32,000 nt of DNA, taken from assembly GCF_003324675.1 (NCBI RefSeq), contig NZ_CP030918.1, positions 420,001 through 452,000 on the forward strand. Direction: 5' to 3'. The first letter of the stretch is position 1, and every line of letters starts with the position of its first letter. Below the pieces are notes generated by a model. That model saw only the letters and a list, made by a program, of their open reading frames with translations, was not told the origin of the DNA and made no database searches. A program made the translations under genes and the position numbers. Below are positions 24,647-32,000 of the stretch, piece by piece. This DNA is from Paracoccus suum. Lineage in GTDB: Bacteria > Pseudomonadota > Alphaproteobacteria > Rhodobacterales > Rhodobacteraceae.

Positions 24647-25401
24647 CAGCGGGCCTCCGACAGGATCGCACCGTAACCGTCGCGCTCGACCTCCAGCGCC
24701 AGCTCGGGGCCGCCGCTGCGCACGATCCGGCCATCAGCCATGATGTGCACCACGTCCGGGCGGATATGGTCCAGCAGCCGCTGGTAGTGCGTGATGACCA
24801 GGAAGGCGCGATCCGGTGCGCGCAGGGCGTTCACCCCCTCGGAGACGAGGCGCATGGCATCAACGTCGAGGCCGCTGTCGGTCTCGTCAAGGATGCACAT
24901 CCGCGGCTCCAGCATGGCCATCTGCAGGATTTCGTTGCGCTTTTTCTCGCCGCCCGAGAAACCGACGTTGACCGGACGCTTCAGCATCTCGGCGTCGATC
25001 TTCAGCGCATTGGCTTTCTCGCGCACCAGCTTGAGGAAGTCGCCGGCCGAAAGCTCGGCCTCGCCGCGCGCCTTGCGCTGGGCGTTCATCGCGGTGCGCA
25101 GGAAGGTCATATTGCCCACGCCCGGGATCTCGACCGGGTACTGGAACGCCAGGAACAGGCCCGCGGCGGCACGGTCCTCGGGCTCCATCTCCAGCAGGTC
25201 GACGCCGTCCAGCGTGGCTGTACCCTCGGTCACCTCATAGCCGTCGCGACCTGACAGCACATAGCTGAGGGTCGACTTGCCCGAGCCGTTCGGCCCCATG
25301 ATGGCATGGACCTCGCCGGCCGGAACGCTCAGCGTGACGCCCTTGAGGATTTGCTTGTCCTCGTCCTCGAGCTTGACGTGAAGGTCGTTGATTTCCAGCA
25401 T
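24646..25401 (-). CDS. sufC: Fe-S cluster assembly ATPase SufC.
   Basis: ATG 25401 (MLEINDLHVKL...) is preceded by AGGTAGGA. Walker A is GPNGSGKST, the signature is FSGGEKKRNEILQ, and Walker B is CILDETDSGLD. Confidence 0.95.
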   Translation of the reverse strand: MLEINDLHVKLEDEDKQILKGVTLSVPAGEVHAIMGPNGSGKSTLSYVLSGRDGYEVTEGTATLDGVDLLEMEPEDRAAAGLFLAFQYPVEIPGVGNMTFLRTAMNAQRKARGEAELSAGDFLKLVREKANALKIDAEMLKRPVNVGFSGGEKKRNEILQMAMLEPRMCILDETDSGLDVDAMRLVSEGVNALRAPDRAFLVITHYQRLLDHIRPDVVHIMADGRIVRSGGPELALEVERDGYGAILSEAR

Positions 25402-25441
25402 GGTCCTACCTGTCCGCAAGGCCCGCCGCGGTCGGCCGGGC

Positions 25442-25467
25442 TTAGAATAACTGATCCGTCAAAGTTC
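25442..25467 (-). promoter_or_regulatory. Candidate ECF/sigmaE-like internal promoter ahead of sufC.
   Basis: The minus strand reads GAACTT (25467-25462), then 15 nt, then TCTAA (25446-25442). It sits in the single AT-rich island of the 275-nt sufB-sufC spacer, about 40 nt upstream of the sufC ATG. This is pattern resemblance only. Confidence 0.2.
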
Positions 25468-25676
25468 GTGTCGTCCGCAGGCCATCGCCTATCCCGATTT
25501 CCCCCGCGCGGCCAGACCGTCCGCCATCCGGCGCGGGGCGCCAAAGGCGCATGTGCCTTGGGGCGATATGGGACTGGGCGCGTTAGACATGCTCAAGACA
25601 TTCCCATGGCGGGCTGGGCCATTGGCCGGAACGATGGTTTGATGGCGACCGCCCCAGGCACGGGGCGGCGGCTTTG

Positions 25677-27200
25677 TCAGCCGACGCTGCCCTCGAGGCT
25701 GATGGCGACCAGCGCCTGCGCCTCCATGGCGAATTCCATCGGCAGGGCCTGAAGCACCTCGCGGCAAAAGCCGTTCACGACCAGGGCGACGGCTTCCTCC
25801 TCGTCCATGCCGCGCTGACGGCAGTAGAACAGTTGCTCGTCATCGACCTTGCTCGTGGTCGCCTCGTGCTCGACGCGCGAGGACATGTTCTTGACCTCGA
25901 TATAGGGCACCGTGTGGGCGCCGCATCGATCGCCGATCAGCAGGCTGTCGCACTGCGTGTAGTTGCGGCTATTGGTCGCCTTGGGGTGCATCGTCACCAG
26001 CCCGCGATAGGTATTCTGGGCGCGGCCGGCGCTGATCCCCTTGGATACGATGCGCGAGCGGGTGTTGCGGCCAAGATGGAGCATCTTGGTTCCGGTGTCG
26101 GCCTGCTGGCGGTTGTTGGTGATCGCGATCGAATAGAATTCGCCCTGCGCGCCATCACCGCGCAGGATGCAGGACGGGTATTTCCAGGTAATCGCGCTGC
26201 CGGTCTCGACCTGGGTCCACATCACCTTGGCGTTCGCCTCGCGGCAATCAGCGCGCTTGGTGACGAAGTTGTAGATTCCGCCGTTGCCTTCCTCGTCGCC
26301 CGGAAACCAGTTCTGGACAGTCGAGTATTTCACCTCGGCATCCTCGAGGATCACCAGTTCGACCACCGCGGCGTGCAGCTGCGCGGTGTCGCGCTTGGGC
26401 GCGGTGCAGCCCTCGAGGTAGCTGACATAGCTGCCTTTGTCGGCGATGATCAGCGTCCGCTCGAATTGGCCAGTATTCTCGGCATTGATGCGGAAATAGG
26501 TCGACAGCTCCATCGGGCAGCGGGTGTTCGGCGGGATGTAGACAAAGCTGCCGTCCGAAAACACTGCGCTGTTCAGCGTCGCGAAATAGTTGTCCGACTG
26601 GGGCACGACGCTGCCGAGGTACTTCTTGACCAGCTCGGGATAGTCGCGGATCGCCTCGCTGATCGGGCAGAAGATCACGCCGGCTCGGGCCAGTTCTTCT
26701 TTGAAGGTGGTGCCCACGCTGACGCTGTCGAAGACGGCATCGACGGCGACCCGGCGGCCCTCGGCGGGGGCCGCGTCCTCGCCCTCGACTCCAGCGAGGA
26801 TCGCCTGTTCCTTCAGCGGGATACCCAGTTTGGCATAGGTCGCCAGCAGCTTGGGATCGACGTCATCCAGCGATTGCGGGCGCACCACCATGCTTTTGGG
26901 GCGCGCGTAATAATACTGGTCCTGGAAATCGATGTCGGGGTAATCGACCATCGCCCAGCGCGGCTCTTCCATCTGCTGCCAGCGGCGGAAGGCGGTCAGA
27001 CGCCATTCGGTCATCCATTCCGGCTCTTCGTTGCGCTGCGAGATCAGTCGGACGATATCCTCGGAAATGCCCTTTGGGGCATACTCCATCTCGATTTCGG
27101 TATCCCAGCCGTATTTGTAGGCGCCCATGCCCTGCACGGTTGCAACCGTCGCGGCGTCGACACCCTCGCGGACGTCAAGATCAAGTGCGGCCTCGGCCAT
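25677..27200 (-). CDS. sufB: Fe-S cluster assembly scaffold SufB.
   Basis: ATG 27200 is preceded by AGGAGG and a 6-nt spacer. The ORF-track start at 27206 is a TTG. The protein reads as typical SufB throughout (...[17 protein letters not shown]..., ...[11 protein letters not shown]..., ...[19 protein letters not shown]). Confidence 0.95.
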   Translation of the reverse strand: MAEAALDLDVREGVDAATVATVQGMGAYKYGWDTEIEMEYAPKGISEDIVRLISQRNEEPEWMTEWRLTAFRRWQQMEEPRWAMVDYPDIDFQDQYYYARPKSMVVRPQSLDDVDPKLLATYAKLGIPLKEQAILAGVEGEDAAPAEGRRVAVDAVFDSVSVGTTFKEELARAGVIFCPISEAIRDYPELVKKYLGSVVPQSDNYFATLNSAVFSDGSFVYIPPNTRCPMELSTYFRINAENTGQFERTLIIADKGSYVSYLEGCTAPKRDTAQLHAAVVELVILEDAEVKYSTVQNWFPGDEEGNGGIYNFVTKRADCREANAKVMWTQVETGSAITWKYPSCILRGDGAQGEFYSIAITNNRQQADTGTKMLHLGRNTRSRIVSKGISAGRAQNTYRGLVTMHPKATNSRNYTQCDSLLIGDRCGAHTVPYIEVKNMSSRVEHEATTSKVDDEQLFYCRQRGMDEEEAVALVVNGFCREVLQALPMEFAMEAQALVAISLEGSVG

Positions 27201-27202
27201 GG

Positions 27203-28273
27203 TCAACCTCCTGCCCGGCCTGCGCCGGATCCGCGCCTGCGTGCCTGCCAGCGATCACGGGCAGCGCACCAGGCGTCGGCGAAACGTTCAACTTCGTCCC
27301 GGCTGGTGTCCGGTCCGATCGATACGCGAATGGCACACGAGGCATCGTCTTCACTGACGCCCATGGCCCGCAGGACCCCGCTTGGCCGGACCTTCCCGGA
27401 CGAGCATGCCGAGCCTGCCGAAACGGCGAACCCGGCCAGATCCATCTGCATGACCTGCGTCTCGCCCAGCCAGCCGGGCGTCAGGATGCACAGCGTGCCC
27501 GGCAAACGCCGCGTCTCGCGTCCCGGCAATCTAGTCATTCCGGCGGAGGCTTCCACCCTGCTTTGCAGGTAATCGCGCAACTCCGACAGTTTTTCTGGGA
27601 TACCTCGGCTCAGATCGGCCTGCGCGGCGGTTGCCGCGGCGGCAAACCCCAGGGCGCCGACCAGATTTTCGGTCCCCGCGCGGCGTCCGCTCTCCTGCCC
27701 GCCGCCCCTGATTCGCGCCTGCAGGTCCAGCCCCTTGCGCAGGACCAGCGCGCCAATGCCCTTGGGGCCGCCCAGCTTGTGGGCCGAGACGATGCCGGCA
27801 TCTATGCCGGACCAGTCAAACGCAAAGGGCAGCTTGCCGAAGAGCTGCGTCAGATCGCTGAGGGCGAGGCCCGGTGGCAGGTCCTGCAGCACCCCGGTCT
27901 CGCTGTTCGCGGCCTGCAGGGTCGCGCGCGCCGGGTCGGGCACCGTCACCCGGCCGTCGTCCGCCACCCCCAGATCGGCCCGCGTCCAGGCGAGGATGGC
28001 GTCATGCTCGACCGCGGCTGAGGACAGATCGCGCCCCGCAAGGGCCAGCGCCGCTGCTTCGGTCGCGCCCGAGGTGAAGACGACATCGGCCGCCTCTGCG
28101 CCCAGCGCGGTCGCCACCGCCTCGCGGGCGCGTTCCAGCGCCATCTTGGCGGCCCGCCCCTCGGCGTGAACTGACGACGGGTTACCGACCAGTGCAAAGC
28201 CCTCGGCCATTGCCGCCCGCGCCTCGGGGCGCAGGGGCGCGGTCGCGTTCCAGTCCAGATAGACTCGACTCAT
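27203..28273 (-). CDS. Cysteine desulfurase, group I (IscS/NifS-like).
   Basis: ATG 28273 ([14 protein letters not shown]...) overlaps the coaBC stop (ATGA). The PLP-Lys motif is [14 protein letters not shown] and the mobile-loop Cys motif is SAGSACSSG. The upstream part of the ORF-track entry (to 28372) lies inside coaBC. Confidence 0.9.
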   Translation of the reverse strand: MSRVYLDWNATAPLRPEARAAMAEGFALVGNPSSVHAEGRAAKMALERAREAVATALGAEAADVVFTSGATEAAALALAGRDLSSAAVEHDAILAWTRADLGVADDGRVTVPDPARATLQAANSETGVLQDLPPGLALSDLTQLFGKLPFAFDWSGIDAGIVSAHKLGGPKGIGALVLRKGLDLQARIRGGGQESGRRAGTENLVGALGFAAAATAAQADLSRGIPEKLSELRDYLQSRVEASAGMTRLPGRETRRLPGTLCILTPGWLGETQVMQMDLAGFAVSAGSACSSGKVRPSGVLRAMGVSEDDASCAIRVSIGPDTSRDEVERFADAWCAARDRWQARRRGSGAGRAGG

Positions 28274-29541
28274 CGCGGGGCGGGCGGCACAAGAGGCGCC
28301 GGCGCCGCCAGCGCCTCGGCAACCCGCGTGGCAAGGCGGCGGGCGACCTCGGCCTTGGGCAAGCGCGGCCATTCCTCGGCGCCCGCCGGTGTGATCAGGG
28401 TGACGGCATTCTCGGTCCCGCCCATGATCCCGGTGCCCGGGCTGACGTCATTGGCCACGATCCAGTCGCAGCCCTTGCGTGCACGCTTGGCCGTGGCATG
28501 GGCGATCACGTCGTGAGTCTCGGCTGCAAAACCGACCACCAGCGCCGGCCGGCACGGCCCGGGCTGGCTGACGGTCGCCAGAATATCGGTGTTCTCGGCC
28601 ATCTGCAGGCTCGGCGGGCGGCCGCTGCCGTCCTTCTTGATCTTGCGGTCCGAGCCGTTTTCAACACGCCAATCTGCCACAGCGGCCGCCATGACCGCCA
28701 CGTCGACGGGCAACGCGGCTTCCACGGCCCGCGCCATCTCGGCCGCGGTCTCGACCTTGACCACCTCAACCCCGGGGGGCGGCGGCACCTCGGCAGGTCC
28801 CGTGACGAACACCACTTCCGCCCCCAGATCGCGCAACGCGGCGGCAATCGCCGTGCCTTGCGCGCCTGAACTGCGGTTGGCGATGTAGCGCACCGGATCG
28901 ATCGGCTCGTGCGTCGGCCCCGAGGTAACCAGAACCCGCCGCCCCGCCAGCGGCGCCGGGGCGGCAAGCGGCGGATTTGCCAGATCGGTCAGTTGCAATG
29001 CACCGCCCAGCGCCCGCCGGATCGCGGCAAGGATCGCCGGCGGCTCTGCCATGCGGCCGGGGCCGAACTCGCCGCAGGCCATCGGCCCCTCGTCCGGGCC
29101 GACGAAGCTGACGCCATCGGCGCCCAACTGCGCCCGGTTGCGACGGGTCGCGGCGTGATCCCACATCCGCACGTTCATCGCCGGCGCCATCAGCACCGGC
29201 TTGTCCGTTGCCAGCAACAGGGTCGAGGCCAGATCATCCGCGAGGCCCGCCGCCAGCTTGGCCATCAGATTGGCCGTGGCCGGGGCGACGACCACCAGAT
29301 CGGCCGCGCGCGACAGCTGGATATGGCCCATCTCGGCCTCGCGCGTCAGGTCGAACAGCTCCTGATTCACCGCCTGCCCCGCCAACGCCGCGACGCTGAG
29401 CGGGGTCACGAACTCCGCACCCGCCTCGGTCAGCACTGGCGCGATCTCGACCCCTTCGCGGCGCAAAAGCCGGATCAGTTCCAGGGTCTTGTATGCCGCA
29501 ATGCCGCCGCCGATGACCAGAAGAACCCGTTTGCCGTGCAT
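28270..29541 (-). CDS. coaBC: Bifunctional phosphopantothenoylcysteine decarboxylase / phosphopantothenate-cysteine ligase CoaBC (Dfp).
   Basis: 423 aa. The flavoprotein N-terminus reads KRVLLVIGGGIAAYKTLELIRLL...PAMNVRMW. The CoaB half reads ...VRYIANRSSGAQG...AAAVADW.... GAGGG lies upstream of ATG 29541. Confidence 0.95.
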   Translation of the reverse strand: MHGKRVLLVIGGGIAAYKTLELIRLLRREGVEIAPVLTEAGAEFVTPLSVAALAGQAVNQELFDLTREAEMGHIQLSRAADLVVVAPATANLMAKLAAGLADDLASTLLLATDKPVLMAPAMNVRMWDHAATRRNRAQLGADGVSFVGPDEGPMACGEFGPGRMAEPPAILAAIRRALGGALQLTDLANPPLAAPAPLAGRRVLVTSGPTHEPIDPVRYIANRSSGAQGTAIAAALRDLGAEVVFVTGPAEVPPPPGVEVVKVETAAEMARAVEAALPVDVAVMAAAVADWRVENGSDRKIKKDGSGRPPSLQMAENTDILATVSQPGPCRPALVVGFAAETHDVIAHATAKRARKGCDWIVANDVSPGTGIMGGTENAVTLITPAGAEEWPRLPKAEVARRLATRVAEALAAPAPLVPPAPR

Positions 29542-29550
29542 CGCGCCCTC

Positions 29551-29650
29551 GCAGAACCGACCTGTCCCGGCACCTAGCTAAGCCGCTCTCGCCGTCGCGG
29601 CAAGGAACGGCCAGCCAGTCCGCGCGGCCGACTTAGGTGCGCGGTTCTGC
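29551..29650 (-). repeat. Imperfect 100-nt inverted repeat (long-range stem) in the yifB-coaBC spacer.
   Basis: GCAGAACCG (29551-29559) pairs with CGGTTCTGC (29642-29650), 9 bp. GCACCTA (29570-29576) pairs with TAGGTGC (29634-29640), 7 bp. On the minus-strand RNA the 3' arm ends 1 nt before the coaBC Shine-Dalgarno (GAGGG). Confidence 0.4.
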
Positions 29651-29681
29651 AGGCGATCCACGGCGCAGGGCGGCGCGGGGC

Positions 29682-31196
29682 CTAGCCGCCAGCGACGAAA
29701 GGCAGCCGGTAACTGATCGCCTCGGCCAAGTGGTTCACCTCGATCACCTCGGCTCCGTCCAGATCGGCAATCGTGCGCGCCGTGCGCAGCACGCGGTGAT
29801 AGCCACGCGCGGTCAGGCCCAGGCGGTCGGCCGCCCGCCGGATCAGCGCCTGCCCGGCCTCGTCGAGGGGCGCGATTCGCTCCAGCAGCGCGCCCGTCGC
29901 CGCGGCATTCACCCGCACCCCATCCTCCTCCGCAAAGCGCGCCAACTGGATTTCCCGCGCCGCGGCAACGCGCGCCGCGACCGCAGCCGAGCCCTCGCCG
30001 CGCGGCGGTTGCGACAGATCATCCAGCGACACCGCCGGCACCTCGATGCGCAGGTCAAAGCGGTCGAGCAGTGGTCCCGAAATCCGTGACATGTAATCGG
30101 CGCCGCAAATCGGCGCCTTGGAACAGGCCCGCGCCGGGTCAGCCAGATAGCCGCAACGACAGGGATTCGCCGCGGCGATCAGCAGGAACTGGCACGGATA
30201 GCGGATATGCGCGCTGGCCCGGGCAACCACGACCTCGCCAGTCTCGATCGGCTGGCGCAGCGTTTCCAGCACCGGGCGGGAATACTCCGGCAGTTCGTCG
30301 AGGAACAGCACGCCGTTATGCGCGAGGCTGACCTCGCCCGGTTTCGCAGCGCGCCCGCCCCCGGTCATCGCCGCCATCGAGGCGGTCTGCGAGGGCGTAC
30401 GGTAAGGCGCGACCCGCGAGATCCCCCCCTCCTCCAGCGTGCCGGCCAGCGAATGGATCATCGAGGTTTCCAGCGCCTCGGCCGGGGTCAGCGCCGGCAT
30501 CAGCCCCGGCAGGCAGGCGGCAATCATCGATTTACCCGCGCCAGGCGGTCCAACCATCAGCAGATGGTGCCGCCCGGCGGCCGCAATCTCCAGCGCGCGC
30601 TTGGCAATCTCCTGACCGCGCACCTCCGACAGATCGCGGCTCGCAACGGGCCGCGTCACCTCTCCGGGCCGCGCCGGGGCAAGCGGCGCTCGGCCGGTCA
30701 GATGATCGACGGCCTCACGCAGGTGGCCGGCGGCAAAGACCGGGACCGCGCTGACCCAGGCCGCCTCGGGTCCGCAGGCGCGCGGGCAAATCAGCGCCCG
30801 CTCCTCCTCGCCCGCCGCCATCGCGGCAGGCAGAGCGCCGGCGACCGGCACGAGCCGGCCATCGAGCGCCAGTTCGCCCAGCGAGACGACACCCTCGATC
30901 TCCTCGCCGGGAATGATCTCGAGCGCGGCCAGGACCGCCAACGCAATGGGCAGGTCGAAATGCGAGCCTTCCTTGGGCATGTCCGCCGGCGACAGGTTTA
31001 CCGTGATGCGCTTGGAAGGCATCGCGATCGACAGGGCCGCGAATGCAGCCCGCACCCGCTCCTTGGCTTCACTGACCGCCTTGTCCGGCAGCCCGACCAG
31101 GGTGAAGGCCGGCAGGCCGGCCGCCACCGAGCATTGCACCTCGACCAGCCGGGCCTCGACCCCTTGAAAAGCGACAGTATAGGCGATCGCGACCAT
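29682..31196 (-). CDS. yifB: YifB/ComM-family Mg-chelatase-like AAA+ ATPase.
   Basis: 504 aa. The N-terminal Lon-protease-like domain reads AFTLVGLPDKAVSEAKERV. Walker A is GPPGAGKSM. The C-terminus reads ...LSARGYHRVLRTARTIADLDG. AGGAGG lies upstream of ATG 31196. Confidence 0.9.
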   Translation of the reverse strand: MVAIAYTVAFQGVEARLVEVQCSVAAGLPAFTLVGLPDKAVSEAKERVRAAFAALSIAMPSKRITVNLSPADMPKEGSHFDLPIALAVLAALEIIPGEEIEGVVSLGELALDGRLVPVAGALPAAMAAGEEERALICPRACGPEAAWVSAVPVFAAGHLREAVDHLTGRAPLAPARPGEVTRPVASRDLSEVRGQEIAKRALEIAAAGRHHLLMVGPPGAGKSMIAACLPGLMPALTPAEALETSMIHSLAGTLEEGGISRVAPYRTPSQTASMAAMTGGGRAAKPGEVSLAHNGVLFLDELPEYSRPVLETLRQPIETGEVVVARASAHIRYPCQFLLIAAANPCRCGYLADPARACSKAPICGADYMSRISGPLLDRFDLRIEVPAVSLDDLSQPPRGEGSAAVAARVAAAREIQLARFAEEDGVRVNAAATGALLERIAPLDEAGQALIRRAADRLGLTARGYHRVLRTARTIADLDGAEVIEVNHLAEAISYRLPFVAGG

Positions 31197-31290
31197 TCAC
31201 CCTCCTGCCCCGCGCTGAGCTTACCCGTCAGGTCGCATAACGGGTTTAAGATAGGGTTAACGCCTCAAGGAAAGCCGAACCGCGAACGCC

Positions 31291-32000
31291 TTAACGGCGG
31301 ACCGTCACCCCTTCGGCGAGGCGCCGCTCAACGGCATCCCAAATAGCGGCGGCGGCGTTGGTGCCGTCGAACCGCTCGAGTTCCTGGATGCCGGTGGGCG
31401 AGGTCACGTTGATCTCGGTCAGCCAGCCGTCGATCACGTCGATGCCGGTGAACAGCAGGCCCTTGTCCCGCAGGGCCGGCCCGATCCGAGCGCAGATCTC
31501 GCGCTCGCGCTCGGTCAGGGCGGCCGGCTCGGGGCGGCCGCCGACATGCATGTTCGAGCGCGCCTCGCCCGCCGCGGGAACGCGGTTGATGGCCCCGACT
31601 GGCTCGCCGTCAACCAGAATGATGCGTTTGTCGCCCAGCGTCACCGCGGGCAGGTACTTCTGGGCGATCACCGGCTCGCGGTTGATGGCAGTGAACGTCT
31701 CCATCAGCGACGCGAGGTTGGGATCCTCGGGCCGCAGGTGGAACACGCCGGCACCACCGTTGCCGTAGAGCGGCTTGACCACGATATCGCCGTGACGCGC
31801 GCGAAATGCGCGAATCGCCGCCAGATCACGGGTGATGATGGTCGGCGGGGTCAGGTCGAGGAAGTCCAGGACCATCAGTTTTTCCGGACAGTTCCGGACC
31901 CAGAACGGGTCGTTGAGGACCAGTGTCCCCGGCGCCAACCGCTCGAGCAGATGGGTCGAGGTGATATAGCCCATGTCGAACGGCGGGTCCTGGCGCAGCC
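31291..32000 (-). CDS. gshB: Glutathione synthetase GshB; the N-terminal part lies off-window.
   Basis: The frame stays open to the window edge (...[18 protein letters not shown]...). The ATP-grasp core reads [16 protein letters not shown], ...IAQKYLP...[20 protein letters not shown]..., ...INVTSPTG. Stop is TAA at 31291-31293. Confidence 0.9.
   Translation of the reverse strand, partial: LRQDPPFDMGYITSTHLLERLAPGTLVLNDPFWVRNCPEKLMVLDFLDLTPPTIITRDLAAIRAFRARHGDIVVKPLYGNGGAGVFHLRPEDPNLASLMETFTAINREPVIAQKYLPAVTLGDKRIILVDGEPVGAINRVPAAGEARSNMHVGGRPEPAALTEREREICARIGPALRDKGLLFTGIDVIDGWLTEINVTSPTGIQELERFDGTNAAAAIWDAVERRLAEGVTVRR

Noticed and set aside
25489-25767. A 92-aa minus-strand ORF spanning the sufB 3' end and part of the sufB-sufC spacer, and its 33-codon internal ATG version.
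   Set aside because: The composition is implausible, there is no convincing ribosome-binding site, and it overlaps sufB out of frame. It is kept only as a remark inside the spacer finding.
25674-27572. A 632-aa plus-strand ORF opposite sufB and the desulfurase.
   Set aside because: It has no motifs and is a compositional shadow of the highly conserved SufB frame.
31223-31245. A hairpin ACCCGT-N11-ACGGGT between gshB and yifB, considered as a terminator.
   Set aside because: It has only 6 bp, an 11-nt loop and no U-tract on the transcribed (minus) strand.

Overview
GC-rich chromosomal segment that reads like an alphaproteobacterium, possibly Rhodobacterales or Paracoccus-like. That placement is inferred from protein families and codon style and is not verified. 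I call 27 protein genes and one tRNA. I saw no rRNA, CRISPR array, transposase or integrase. Left to right the window contains six blocks. (i) A tightly overlapped plus-strand hydroxyproline operon: DAO-family dehydrogenase, Cys/Cys proline-racemase-family epimerase, fused aconitase-X dehydratase, and a Ser/Thr proline-racemase-family paralogue. (ii) An IclR regulator divergent from an MFS(MHS) transporter and GMC oxidoreductase pair. (iii) An RND adaptor and permease, convergent with an OmpR/QseC-type two-component system. That system is divergent from a translationally coupled pair: a membrane-anchored CX5R phosphatase and an ICMT-family methyltransferase. (iv) A MerR(Hg)-like regulator divergent from a glutaredoxin-MauE/DoxX membrane fusion, with a textbook overlong-spacer MerR promoter. 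(v) An ALDH7-type dehydrogenase with a clean intrinsic terminator, a cupin, and tRNA-Arg(CCG). (vi) An 11-kb minus-strand thiol/Fe-S block: gshB, yifB, coaBC, iscS-like desulfurase, sufB, sufC, sufD, two polytopic membrane proteins, sufS. Three things deserve a second look most. First, the MerR-like module, which has a hybrid sensor, an unusual target gene, and its own ATG at the operator dyad. Second, the phosphatase/methyltransferase pair, which has an 11-bp-phased direct repeat in the control region it shares with the two-component system. Third, the two uncharacterised membrane proteins hard-wired into the suf operon. All functional calls rest on motif recognition by eye; no searches were run.
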